A stretch of DNA of 64,000 nt from Candidatus Omnitrophota bacterium (GCA_015233115.1 JADFYJ010000005.1:22359-86358); one strand, 5' to 3'; counted from the stretch's first letter, positions 28,705-38,417 are shown. The notes: generated from the sequence alone by a model not told the origin. A program made the numbers and translations.

Positions 28705-29960
28705 TTTTTAAGTTCCATAATTTTCATCAGCACATCATTCACCTCAACCAGCATCACTTCACCGGTTTGACGTAATTTTATTTCTACTTTACCTTCAACT
28801 AAATTACGCTGGCCAATGGTTATACGTAAAGGAATACCAATCAGATCCGCGTCATTAAACTTACGGCCCGCGCTTTCACTCCGGTCATCCATTAAAACAT
28901 CACAGCCTTTAGCCCGAAGTTCAGAATAAAATTTTTCCGACAATTTCATTATCTCATCGTCCGCGGATTTTGCAATTGGCAATATTTCCACGTCAAACGG
29001 CGCGACACTGGCTGGCCATTTGATTCCCTTGTCATCATTGTATTTTTCTATAATCGCGGCAACCACGCGGCTCACCCCAATCCCATAGCATCCCATGATC
29101 ATAGGGTTGCGTTTACCGTCTTCGTCAATGTATTCTGCCGCTAAAGCAGAACTATATTTTGTCCCTAATTGAAAAATATGTCCAAGTTCTAAAGCAGACT
29201 GTTTTGTAAGAATACCTTTTCCGCATTGCGGACAAGTTTTTCCCTGATCTTGATTTTCGGTCACTCCGCTTTGCGCTTTGCAAGACGGACAGGAAACCAC
29301 TGCATCTTCGCCAATAGGCGCACCGATCATAAACTCATGGGACACATCGCCGCCCATAGCTCCTGAATCAGCCGCGATCACTGCCACATCCAATTCCATA
29401 CGGCTAAAAATACGCTTATACGCGTCAAACATAATCTGATAACTTTTACGCAAGCCATCCACATCCCGGTCAAAACTATACGCGTCTTTCATAATAAATT
29501 CACTCGCGCGGACAATGCCAAAACGAGTACGCAATTCATCACGAAATTTAGTCTGAATCTGATACAAAGTCACTGGCAGCTGACGATAAGACTGCACGAA
29601 TTGACGAACCAAATCAGTTATAATCTCCTCATGCGTTGGCCCTAAACACATATCATGCCCGCGGTTATTTTTAAATTTGATCATAATCCCGTCTAAAACT
29701 TGGTCTCGTCCAGTTTTTTTCCACAATTCAATGGGATGCAGACACGGCATCAACAATTCATGCGCGCCGGCATTATTCATCTCCTCCCGAATAATATTTT
29801 CCACCCGGTTCAATACTTTTAACCCTAAAGGCAGATAAGAATAAACCCCGGAAGTCAGCATTTGCACCAGTCCCGCTCTTAATAAAAGTTGATGACTCAC
29901 CGCTTCAGTTCCCACCGGAACTTCTTTTAACGTTGGTATAAAATATTTAGACCATTTCAT
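28701..29960 (-). CDS. proS: Proline--tRNA ligase (short form, no editing domain)
   Basis: SHQLLLRAG, LGPTHEE, QIQTKFRDE, GHIFQLGTKYS, MGCYGIGVSR. Confidence 0.96.
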   Translation of the reverse strand: MKWSKYFIPTLKEVPVGTEAVSHQLLLRAGLVQMLTSGVYSYLPLGLKVLNRVENIIREEMNNAGAHELLMPCLHPIELWKKTGRDQVLDGIMIKFKNNRGHDMCLGPTHEEIITDLVRQFVQSYRQLPVTLYQIQTKFRDELRTRFGIVRASEFIMKDAYSFDRDVDGLRKSYQIMFDAYKRIFSRMELDVAVIAADSGAMGGDVSHEFMIGAPIGEDAVVSCPSCKAQSGVTENQDQGKTCPQCGKGILTKQSALELGHIFQLGTKYSSALAAEYIDEDGKRNPMIMGCYGIGVSRVVAAIIEKYNDDKGIKWPASVAPFDVEILPIAKSADDEIMKLSEKFYSELRAKGCDVLMDDRSESAGRKFNDADLIGIPLRITIGQRNLVEGKVEIKLRQTGEVMLVEVNDVLMKIMELKK

Positions 29961-29979
29961 TTAAGACTCCAATTTTTTT

Positions 29980-30273
29980 AGTATGTAGTATGTGGTATAT
30001 GGTATGTAGTAAAAACGAATTTGTTTTAATAAAAGCGAAACCAATAAACAATAAAAAACGCTTTAACAACAATCGCTTTTATTTTTCACCAAACCACATA
30101 ACACTTACTACATTTAATTATCAAATAATTTTTTTTAATACACGCTTTTCCAGCAATCGCTTTTCGCTACATGCTACATGCTATACAAATAAATTTTTAA
30201 GCTTTCCCATCAATCGCTTCTCGCTACATACTACATACTACATGCTACATGCCACATGCTATACAAATAAATT
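29980..30273. repeat. STR-armed element E6 (GTATGTN; duplicated right arm)
   Basis: 4 units at 29981-30010; CAATCGC at 30070, 30154, 30211; inverted arms at 30166-30180 and 30223-30260. Confidence 0.9.
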
Positions 30274-31524
30274 ATTAGGTACCGCCACATTCCGTTTGGC
30301 AAATTTATAAAAGAATGACGGCTGGTTTTTATTCATTTCCCAATATCCACTGATTTTTCCGTCAGACGCATGATCAGTTTGTTTAAAACGGAAAATGTCG
30401 TATAAATTTACTTCTTTAGTTTTTTCATCAAAAACCACATCTGTCATTGCGGTCATTCGGCGTTTACCGTCACTAAATAATTCCAAATGAACCACAATAT
30501 CAATAGCGCGGGCGACTTGCTTGCGGATTTCATCCGTGCTCAAACGAATCCCGGTCATGAGCATCATGGTCACCAAACGGTTAAAACAATCTTCCGGGCT
30601 TTCCGCGTGTACGATAGATAAAGAACCACTGTGGCCGCTCGAAATCGACTCTATCATGTCCAATACTTCAGCACCTCTTAATTCCCCGACAATAATGCGA
30701 TCCGGGCGCATGCGCAGGCAATTGATAAACAATTCCCGCATGGTTATTTGGCCGCGGCCTTCAATATTGGCATCTTTGGTGCATAACGTGACCACATGCT
30801 CTTGCTTAAGCCTTAATTCCGGCGTATCTTCAATCGTAATGATCCGCTCATCTTCCGGAATATAACTTGAAAAAACATTCAGCGCCGTTGTCTTACCTGA
30901 ACCAGTTGACCCACAAAATATGACATTTAATTTTGCCTTCATGGCTAAAATCAAAAGATCCGCGATATTCCGATCTAATTCACCCAGCTCAATCAAATTC
31001 TCGACCGTGGTAATATCTTCCTTGAACTTCCGTATCGTCATAACCGGCCCAATCTGCGATAACGGCGGAATGATCGCGTTGACTCTGGATCCATCCGGCA
31101 ATGAAAAATCAACATAAGCCGATGATTCATCCAAGCGCTTATTCGCTCCGGTCGAAGCCAGTAATTTCTGGATCGTATGGAGCAAATGCTGATTATGATC
31201 AAATTTAATATTCGCTTTTTCAATTTTCCCGTGACGCTGAATATAAATCAAATCCGGACCATTCACCATGATTTCCGTAATCAAAGGATCTTCCATAAGC
31301 GGCCGCAGCGGCCCCAAACTGGCCAATCCCGTAATCAATGACCGGATAACATCTCCCTGCTGTTCTAAAGGAATCTCAAATTTTACAACTTTAGAAAAAT
31401 CAATAAATGATTTTTGTAAAAAAGCCCGCATCGCGTCTTCACTCATCTTATCTTTGCGGTCGAGAAAATCAGTTTGATTAATCAAATACTGATTAAACCC
31501 AGCTTTTATATCGTCAGTCTTCAT
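30259..31524 (-). CDS. cpaF: CpaF/TadA family pilus assembly ATPase
   Basis: EIMVNG, DGSRVNA, GSTGSGKTT, TIEDTPEL, LRMRPDRIIVGE.RG.E. Confidence 0.9.
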   Translation of the reverse strand: MKTDDIKAGFNQYLINQTDFLDRKDKMSEDAMRAFLQKSFIDFSKVVKFEIPLEQQGDVIRSLITGLASLGPLRPLMEDPLITEIMVNGPDLIYIQRHGKIEKANIKFDHNQHLLHTIQKLLASTGANKRLDESSAYVDFSLPDGSRVNAIIPPLSQIGPVMTIRKFKEDITTVENLIELGELDRNIADLLILAMKAKLNVIFCGSTGSGKTTALNVFSSYIPEDERIITIEDTPELRLKQEHVVTLCTKDANIEGRGQITMRELFINCLRMRPDRIIVGELRGAEVLDMIESISSGHSGSLSIVHAESPEDCFNRLVTMMLMTGIRLSTDEIRKQVARAIDIVVHLELFSDGKRRMTAMTDVVFDEKTKEVNLYDIFRFKQTDHASDGKISGYWEMNKNQPSFFYKFAKRNVAVPNNLFV

Positions 31525-31538
31525 AATTTATTCCTAAT

Positions 31539-31788
31539 AGTAACAAAGTAACCGAGTAACCGAGTAACAAAGTAAAAACTAATCAAACCGCGTGCCCATA
31601 CACAAGGTTTACGTTTAAACTGAATCCCAGAGCGAGTTCAGCTCCGCTTCGGAGCTGCTGTTTGAGCGAAGGATTCGGTTTAAATGCAAACCGCCCAACC
31701 CGCGCGCTTTATATATTCATAGAAATTTTTTAATCATTAAGTAACAGAGTAACCGAGTAACAGGGTAACAGGGTAACAGAGTAACAGA
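31539..31788. repeat. STR element E7 (AGTAACMR octamer arrays in direct orientation)
   Basis: Arrays at 31539-31575 and 31740-31787 flanking nested-hairpin copy B. Confidence 0.85.
31583..31711 (+). repeat. Nested-hairpin dispersed element, copy B
   Basis: Near-identical to 21348-21475. Confidence 0.9.
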
Positions 31789-31799
31789 ATGATACTAAT

Positions 31800-32906
31800 T
31801 TATCTTATAAACAACGACTTAATTTTTGCTATCAAACCAATATTTTCAAAATCATTATAAAATACGAATAATGCGAAACAGATAATCAACACAAAACCGG
31901 CATTCCCCACGATTTCATCCATTTTTTCCGGCAAGGGCTTTCCTCTCACCTTTTCGATAGCCATTAAAAGCAAATGGCCGCCATCTAACGGAATAATCGG
32001 GAGTAAATTAAAAATCGCCAAACTCGCGCTGATCACGCCGACAATAAAAACCAGATGATTAAATCCCATAGCTGCCGCTTCTTTAATAATCTTAAAAATC
32101 ATAACCGGACCAGCCACATTCTTGGCCGACATTGACCCTGTAATCATAAAATAAATTGACTTGTAAGTCATCTCTGTGATCTCAACAATTTTGGTGAAAC
32201 CAAGAACCAAAGATTGCCCCAAGCCATATTTCAAAGAAACCAATTCATCCGCAGGCACAATGCCGATCAAACGTGTTTTTTGTTTTTGCCCAAAAACATT
32301 TTTTTGTTCTTCAAAACGCGGCACTAAAGTAAGATCTAGCGGTTTCCCGTTACGAGTGATCTCTAAATCTAATTTGTCAAAGGCCGGATTCGTAATACTT
32401 TTCTTAACCTCAGTCCAATTCGTAACCGGCTGTTTATTAATTTTCACAATTCTATCGCCGACCAAAAGACCTGCTTGTTGCGCGGGAAAATCCTTCATAA
32501 CCTGTCCGACTTTAGTCGAAAAATCCGGATACCCAATCAAAAAAACCACCACAAAACACAAATACGCTAAAAGGAAATTCACAATCGGTCCGTTAATCGC
32601 GATCAATGCCCGGCATTCCGGCGGTTTGGAATGAAACTCATCCGGCGCGCCTTTACAATCTTCCCGGCTTTCACCCGCCATTTTAACGTACCCGCCTAAA
32701 GGAAATAAACTTACGCAATACTCTACCCCGCCGATAACTTTTTTAAAAAGTTTAGGGCCAAAGCCAATAGAAAAACTTTCCACGCGCACCCCTAACTTAA
32801 TAGCTGTCATAAAATGACCCCATTCATGCACGATAATCAGAATGCTGAGCACAATTAAAAAAACGACAATACTATATAAATTCGTCATCAATATCGCTAA
32901 ACTCAT
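31800..32906 (-). CDS. rseP: RIP metalloprotease RseP
   Basis: HEWGH, FSIGFGP, PLGGYVKM, PDZ, NLLPIIPLDGG; start via ATGA overlap with dxr. Confidence 0.95.
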   Translation of the reverse strand: MSLAILMTNLYSIVVFLIVLSILIIVHEWGHFMTAIKLGVRVESFSIGFGPKLFKKVIGGVEYCVSLFPLGGYVKMAGESREDCKGAPDEFHSKPPECRALIAINGPIVNFLLAYLCFVVVFLIGYPDFSTKVGQVMKDFPAQQAGLLVGDRIVKINKQPVTNWTEVKKSITNPAFDKLDLEITRNGKPLDLTLVPRFEEQKNVFGQKQKTRLIGIVPADELVSLKYGLGQSLVLGFTKIVEITEMTYKSIYFMITGSMSAKNVAGPVMIFKIIKEAAAMGFNHLVFIVGVISASLAIFNLLPIIPLDGGHLLLMAIEKVRGKPLPEKMDEIVGNAGFVLIICFALFVFYNDFENIGLIAKIKSLFIR

Positions 32907-34054
32907 AATTTTTCCAATACCTTTCTGGTAGCTTCTCTCCCCCACTGGTCAGCGGATAAAATATCCCGCAATTTTGGTGCCTTAATACTTTTGTGTTTGC
33001 TCACAACTGTTTCAACCGTCGTATAAATTTGATCAAACCTAATTTTTCCATGCAAAAACGCCTCTACAGCTTCTTCATCCGCGCTGTTTAACACGGCCGG
33101 CAACGTTCCGCCTTTTTTAGCGACATGGCAGCATAAACTTAAAGCCGGAAATTTTTGCACATCAGGTTCACAAAAACTCAACTGCTGCAATGAACAAAAA
33201 TCCAGCCGCTTTAAATGCGTCGGCCAACGATCCGGATAAGTCAACGCGTACTGAATCGGCAGACGCATATCCGTAATTCCCATTTGCGCGATCACTGAGC
33301 CATCACAATATTCAACCATGGAATGAATAATCGCTTCCGGGTGAATCACCACTTTAATCTGATCAGCCGTCAAGTCAAACAAACGCATCGCTTCAATTAC
33401 TTCAAAGCCTTTATTCATGAGCATGGCTGAATCAACCGTGATCTTCCGCCCCATTTTCCATCGCGGATGCGCCAAAATATCTTTAACCGTCATAGTCGAA
33501 AATTTCGACTTAGGTGTTTTTAATAACGCCCCGCCAGAAGCTGTCAAATGAACCATCTTTAATTCAGAACGCTTCTGCCCATTCAAACATTGGAATATCG
33601 CGCTCTGTTCACTATCAATCGGGACAATCTTCGCCCCAAATTTTTTAGCCTCAGCCATAATCAAATCGCCGGCAATCACCAAAGCTTCTTTATTAGCCGG
33701 AGCAATCTGTTTGCCTGCCCGAACAGCCGCTAAAAAAGGCATAAGCGCCGCACTGCCCCTCATCGCCACCACCACCACATCCACCTTCGGCAAACTGACC
33801 AGCCATTCCAAATCTTCAAACACACTCAAAATCTGTTTATCAACCAAAATTCTTTTTTGCTTAAAATGAGTAATACCTTCTTCAGACAATACCACATAAT
33901 CCGGCTTAAAAAGCCTAACCTGCTCTTCAATCAAATGAATATTGTTATATGCTGTTAAGCCCACGACACGGAATTGATCCGGATACCGGCTGATCACCTT
34001 TAACGCATTAACGCCAATTGAACCTGTAGAACCAAGAATAACTATATTTTTCAT
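32903..34054 (-). CDS. dxr: 1-deoxy-D-xylulose-5-phosphate reductoisomerase
   Basis: ILGSTGSIG, ANKE, PIDSE.SAIFQ, TASGG, HP.W.MG.KITVDSA. Confidence 0.97.
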   Translation of the reverse strand: MKNIVILGSTGSIGVNALKVISRYPDQFRVVGLTAYNNIHLIEEQVRLFKPDYVVLSEEGITHFKQKRILVDKQILSVFEDLEWLVSLPKVDVVVVAMRGSAALMPFLAAVRAGKQIAPANKEALVIAGDLIMAEAKKFGAKIVPIDSEQSAIFQCLNGQKRSELKMVHLTASGGALLKTPKSKFSTMTVKDILAHPRWKMGRKITVDSAMLMNKGFEVIEAMRLFDLTADQIKVVIHPEAIIHSMVEYCDGSVIAQMGITDMRLPIQYALTYPDRWPTHLKRLDFCSLQQLSFCEPDVQKFPALSLCCHVAKKGGTLPAVLNSADEEAVEAFLHGKIRFDQIYTTVETVVSKHKSIKAPKLRDILSADQWGREATRKVLEKL

Positions 34055-34071
34055 GTTATATTAAAAATTTC

Positions 34072-34161
34072 GGTTGATGGTTTTTGGTTGTTGGTTTTTG
34101 GTCAACAACATTTTTAAGCAATCGCTTTTTCGTCCATCATCCCGCGGCCTTCATCCCTCGT
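34072..34161. repeat. STR-armed element E8 (left arm nearly identical to E2)
   Basis: GGTTGATGGTTTTTGGTTGTTGGTTTTTGGT; CAATCGCTTTTT at 34119; TCGTCCA TCATCCC GCGGCCT TCATCCC. Confidence 0.8.
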
Positions 34162-34165
34162 ATAT

Positions 34166-34987
34166 CTATTGCAATATCGCGCTGATAAAAAAGTAGAAAA
34201 CCGGGACGGCGAATAATAGGCTATCGATCATGTCTAAAACTCCGCCTAAACCGGGCATTAATTTTCCGGAATCTTTTACATTGCAATCACGCTTGATTTG
34301 CGACTCGGACATGTCACCCAGCTGGCCTATGATCCCTAACGCCGCTCCCATTAAAACAACTTGCCACAACGTTAATCCCAATTCAGGCGGCATTAGTTTA
34401 AAAGCCAACAAGGCAATAAACGCGCTCATTAATAAACCGCCTAAACCGCCTTCTATGGTTTTTTTGGGACTGACGGTGGGTAACAGCGGATGTTTACCTA
34501 AAACTTTACCAATCAACAAAGCACCGACATCGCCGAATTTTGTGACCAATAAAACAAACGCCAACAATCGCAAACCGGCCCAATCACTCACGTCTGCCAT
34601 TAAAAAACGGACTTTGATCGTAAAACTAAACAGCCAGGACACATAGAGTATGCCGAATAATGTGGTCGAAATGCCAATTAACGCGTTGTTGTTATCCTTG
34701 CGCCTAAACTGTAAAATAAAAACTGTACCTAACACCAGAACTATGAACAATAGCTCCCAGCCCTTGGTCGGCTGAAAACGAAAAAACGTGGTCAAAGGGA
34801 TTAAAACACCAATCAGGATACCCGTGTAATCATAAATCGGGATACCCTTCTTTTTCGCCAAATAAAAAAATTCATACAACCCGCCCACCGTAAAAATCAA
34901 GATAAGCAATAAGAAAAACCATTTGTTAAAGAGCCCCGCGATAATGAGCGGAATAATGATAAATGATGAAAAAATTCTCTTTAACAT
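34166..34987 (-). CDS. cdsA: Phosphatidate cytidylyltransferase
   Basis: SPKKTIEG, GDMSESQIKR...KDSG.LMPG.GG.LD..DS. Confidence 0.95.
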   Translation of the reverse strand: MLKRIFSSFIIIPLIIAGLFNKWFFLLLILIFTVGGLYEFFYLAKKKGIPIYDYTGILIGVLIPLTTFFRFQPTKGWELLFIVLVLGTVFILQFRRKDNNNALIGISTTLFGILYVSWLFSFTIKVRFLMADVSDWAGLRLLAFVLLVTKFGDVGALLIGKVLGKHPLLPTVSPKKTIEGGLGGLLMSAFIALLAFKLMPPELGLTLWQVVLMGAALGIIGQLGDMSESQIKRDCNVKDSGKLMPGLGGVLDMIDSLLFAVPVFYFFISAILQ

Positions 34988-34990
34988 GTT

Positions 34991-35728
34991 TTATCCTTGT
35001 TGATGGGAAACAACTTTTCCAAAACGCCGGTCCCGCTTTTGATAATCAAGAATCGCTTTTTTAAATTCATTTTTTGTGAAATCCGGCCACAAAACTTCAG
35101 TAAACAAAAACTCAGCGTATGACAATTGCCATAATAAAAAATTACTGATCCGTTGTTCTCCTGACGTGCGGATTAATAAATCCGGGTCGGGTAAATCTTT
35201 GGTATATAAATAACGTCCTACTGTTTCTTCTGATATAGTTTTTTGTGATAATTTCCCAATGACCACATCTTTGGCAATATTCTTAATCGCGTCAACAATT
35301 TCACCTCGGCTGCCGTAATTAAAAGCCAGATTTACGGTCAAGCCAGTATTCTTATCCAGCTTATGTATCACCGCTTCCAGCTCATTCCAAACTTTATCCG
35401 GAACGCCTTCTCGCCGACCGCACAACCGCACCCGGATGTTATCCCGCTGCAATTTCGACATTTGATTATTCAAGACCAGACACATGGTCTTCATAATCCC
35501 CTCAACTTCAGATTGCGGCCGATTCCAATTTTCCGTGGAAAAAGCGAATAACGTCAAAACCTTGATCCCCATCTCCCTCGCGACATCCATTACTTCACCA
35601 ACACGCTTAACGCCTTCCAAATGTCCTTGCGGACGGGTCAGCCCGCGCTTCTTTGCCCAGCGTCCGTTCCCATCCATAATGATCGCCACATGCTGAGGTA
35701 TTCGTTTAGGATCTAAATCAACCATCAT
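34991..35728 (-). CDS. uppS: Undecaprenyl diphosphate synthase
   Basis: HVAIIMDGNGRWA, FSTENWNRP, IRTSGEQRISNFLLWQ. Confidence 0.97.
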   Translation of the reverse strand: MMVDLDPKRIPQHVAIIMDGNGRWAKKRGLTRPQGHLEGVKRVGEVMDVAREMGIKVLTLFAFSTENWNRPQSEVEGIMKTMCLVLNNQMSKLQRDNIRVRLCGRREGVPDKVWNELEAVIHKLDKNTGLTVNLAFNYGSRGEIVDAIKNIAKDVVIGKLSQKTISEETVGRYLYTKDLPDPDLLIRTSGEQRISNFLLWQLSYAEFLFTEVLWPDFTKNEFKKAILDYQKRDRRFGKVVSHQQG

Positions 35729-36456
35729 TATTTTCTCTCGTCTATCAACGTTCCATTCTCGTCATACTTCTTGACCGGATGTTCCAGTTTACCTTTTTTA
35801 AAAAGCATTTCTGTTCTCAACTGACCAGTTTCGAAATATATCTTAAGCAACCCGTCACGCTTGCCATCACTATAAAAGCCTTCCATTCGCAATTTTCCAT
35901 TTTCATGATAGGTTTTTAAAAAACCATCTATTTGGCCGTCTTTATATGTTCCAGTCTCACGCAAATTACCATTTTCATGATATTTTTTATATGCGCCCTT
36001 CCGCTTTCCAGAGGCGTAAATAACTTCACTCCGCAGCTTTCCATCGTAATAATATTTCCTGACTAAGTCTTCTTTCTGACTATTGATAAGAACCCCGTCC
36101 TCCATTAATTTTCCATTTTCATAATATACCTTAAATGGACCTTCCGCTTTACTATCAATGTATAATTCTGTTTCTTTAAGGGCTCCGCTTTCGTAATAGA
36201 GTTTAGCTTCCCCTTGTGCTTTACCGTTTATAAAATTGACTTCACTCTCCACCTTCCCGTTTTCGTAGTATTTTCTAAACAGGCCATCTTTAACTCCACC
36301 CTTGAAAAACCCTTGCTGAAACAACTTCCCGCTTTTGTAATAAGTTTTATGCGGTCCATCTGGTATAGTTTCTGAAGAAAAAAGTAGCCGCGTTGAAAAT
36401 AACAAAAATATGGTGCCGATCAGGATGATATTAAAATTTTGTCTTTGAAAAATCAT
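35728..36456 (-). CDS. Secreted MORN-variant repeat protein (YwqK-like)
   Basis: Signal peptide plus ~8 G..K.YYE.G.L repeats. Confidence 0.85.
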   Translation of the reverse strand: MIFQRQNFNIILIGTIFLLFSTRLLFSSETIPDGPHKTYYKSGKLFQQGFFKGGVKDGLFRKYYENGKVESEVNFINGKAQGEAKLYYESGALKETELYIDSKAEGPFKVYYENGKLMEDGVLINSQKEDLVRKYYYDGKLRSEVIYASGKRKGAYKKYHENGNLRETGTYKDGQIDGFLKTYHENGKLRMEGFYSDGKRDGLLKIYFETGQLRTEMLFKKGKLEHPVKKYDENGTLIDERK

Positions 36457-36521
36457 TTTTTAAAAACCTCTACAAATAAAAGGGGAAAATATCATTTCTG
36501 AATCATTAATCCCACTGAATA

Positions 36522-37268
36522 CTATTTCGGGTTTAGTGTCTTTTCACTTTCATCATGCATTGTCTCTAAACCTTCTTGAATACCATTCTTAAAAAAGACT
36601 TCTTTTTTTAACTGTCCACTTTCGTAATATGTTTTAAACGACCCCTCCAACTTACCATCCTTAGTCGTTCCTTCCTGATACAATTTTCCACTTTGGTAAT
36701 ACGTTCTGAACAATCCGTCTTGCACATCATTCTTGTAATTTGTTTGCAATTCTATTATCCCATTTTGTCTATACGTCGTCAAAAGACCCTCTAGCTTACT
36801 ATCATTATAATGGGCTTCCTGCTTTAACTCTCCCCCTAAATAAAAGTCTTTACGAAAACCTTCCCCTTTAATTTTCAAAATTCCGTCAGTCATCAACTGT
36901 CCACCCGGATAATATGCTTTAAAGGGACCATCTTGCTGGTCATCCTTCAGCGCCATTTCTTCTTGCAAATTCCCGTTTTCATAATATTTCTTCATTGGTC
37001 CGTCATGTAAACCAAGTTTAAATGTCCATTCTTCTTTCAACTTCCCATTTTCGTAGTACTCTTTGTACGGCCCTTCCAACTTTCCATTTTTAAAAATTCC
37101 GTCCAGTTGCAATTTTCCATCAGCATAATATGTTTTATAAGGTCCATCTAAAGGTTTGCCTTCATCCGCCTTTTGTTCCGACTGAGCACAAGATAAAGGG
37201 GTTATTACAAACAATAAAAAAAACGCAATAATTAAATTAATTTTAAAATTTTGTTTTCGATCAATCAT
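36522..37268 (-). CDS. Secreted MORN-variant repeat protein (YwqK-like), paralog
   Basis: Signal peptide plus GP.K.YY.NG.L repeats. Confidence 0.85.
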   Translation of the reverse strand: MIDRKQNFKINLIIAFFLLFVITPLSCAQSEQKADEGKPLDGPYKTYYADGKLQLDGIFKNGKLEGPYKEYYENGKLKEEWTFKLGLHDGPMKKYYENGNLQEEMALKDDQQDGPFKAYYPGGQLMTDGILKIKGEGFRKDFYLGGELKQEAHYNDSKLEGLLTTYRQNGIIELQTNYKNDVQDGLFRTYYQSGKLYQEGTTKDGKLEGSFKTYYESGQLKKEVFFKNGIQEGLETMHDESEKTLNPK

Positions 37269-37402
37269 ATTATTATACCTTCGCCTCTATCTTCTGCCGT
37301 TTTCTTATCGTTCCTCTACAAATAAAAAGGGGGATATATCATCCCCCATATCGAATCCACGCAATCTTATTAAAATTAAAAAATGAAAGACACCAAAATA
37401 AA

Positions 37403-37795
37403 CTACTTGGCTGACAGTGGCTGTTCCGGCACACCTATGTTACTCACCTTTTGCTTTTTCTCAATGTCAGCTATTCGGCCTTGTAAACTATCCTTCTGCT
37501 TTGAAACTTCATCAACCTGTTTTTTAAGGTCTGAATTCATCGCCTTGGTATCGTCCAACATTTTTTCCAGATTATTAGATTTTTTTCGAATACGTTCTAA
37601 ATCTGTCGTCATGGATGAAACACTACTCTTTACCTGCTGCAAAGATTCTTCCGCAAGCATGCGCTGATAACGTTCATCATTTAATTGTTTTTCAGCTAAC
37701 TTTTTTTGGTGATAAAATTGAAAAACAACGACAATACTCAAAATGACTATCCCACCGACTAAAGCACTCAACCTGCGTATTTTGCTATTCTCCAT
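37403..37795 (-). CDS. Membrane-anchored coiled-coil protein
   Basis: N-terminal TM helix then heptad-rich helix; overlaps the OmpA/MotB gene end. Confidence 0.65.
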   Translation of the reverse strand: MENSKIRRLSALVGGIVILSIVVVFQFYHQKKLAEKQLNDERYQRMLAEESLQQVKSSVSSMTTDLERIRKKSNNLEKMLDDTKAMNSDLKKQVDEVSKQKDSLQGRIADIEKKQKVSNIGVPEQPLSAK

Positions 37796-38396
37796 TTGCT
37801 TTTACCTTTTTAACATCTTTTGGCAAAATAACTATTTCTACCCGTCGATTTTTTTGGCGGCCGGCTTTATCATCATTGGACATGACCGGATGAAATTCAC
37901 CATAAGCAATCGCGGAAACGCGCGTTGGTTCTAAGCTTCCGTTATCAATCAAATAATGCAATACCCCTAAAGCGCGATGCGCTGATAATTCCCAGTTAGA
38001 TTTCCAACCTGAATGTTTAATCGGTTCATTATCAGTATGCCCTTCAATGCCGATTCTATAATCTTTAGCTGTCGAATTTAAAACATCCGCAACCTTAAGT
38101 AATTTATCCTTTGCGGTTTCTTTCAAATCCGCTTTTCCTGAATCAAACAAAACTTCGGCCACAAAGGTAATCGTCAACCCTTTATCCAACATTTCCACTT
38201 TAACGTCTTTATCGCCGATCTCTTTATTTAACTTATCTTCCAATTCTTTTTTAGCGCGATCCATATCAGATAATTGGGTTTGGAGTTTTGAGATCTTTTC
38301 AACGTCTACTCTGCGCCCTTTTTGAAATATAAAGGTGCAACCGCTCAGCAGACTGGCTGTGGTAATAACTAGAACGAATGGTAATAATTTTTTCAT
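37785..38396 (-). CDS. OmpA/MotB-family peptidoglycan-binding lipoprotein
   Basis: Lipobox LSGC; VLFDSGKA, IEGHTDN, SNWELS..RA, NRRVEI. Confidence 0.88.
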   Translation of the reverse strand: MKKLLPFVLVITTASLLSGCTFIFQKGRRVDVEKISKLQTQLSDMDRAKKELEDKLNKEIGDKDVKVEMLDKGLTITFVAEVLFDSGKADLKETAKDKLLKVADVLNSTAKDYRIGIEGHTDNEPIKHSGWKSNWELSAHRALGVLHYLIDNGSLEPTRVSAIAYGEFHPVMSNDDKAGRQKNRRVEIVILPKDVKKVKANGE

Positions 38397-38417
38397 AAAG
38401 CCCTCTCTGTTTTGTTA

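Noticed and set aside
29980-30273. Repeat-spacer-repeat pattern as a CRISPR array
   Set aside because: Units are 7-nt tandem repeats with irregular AT-rich spacers; no 23-47 bp constant repeat and no cas genes.
29990-30310. 106-aa + strand ORF (and similar ORFs at 17981-18277, 27023-27229, 41536-41721)
   Set aside because: HTTYY/MWYMVCS/LYFVLYTLY-type translations are by-products of the heptamer arrays; no recognisable protein signal.
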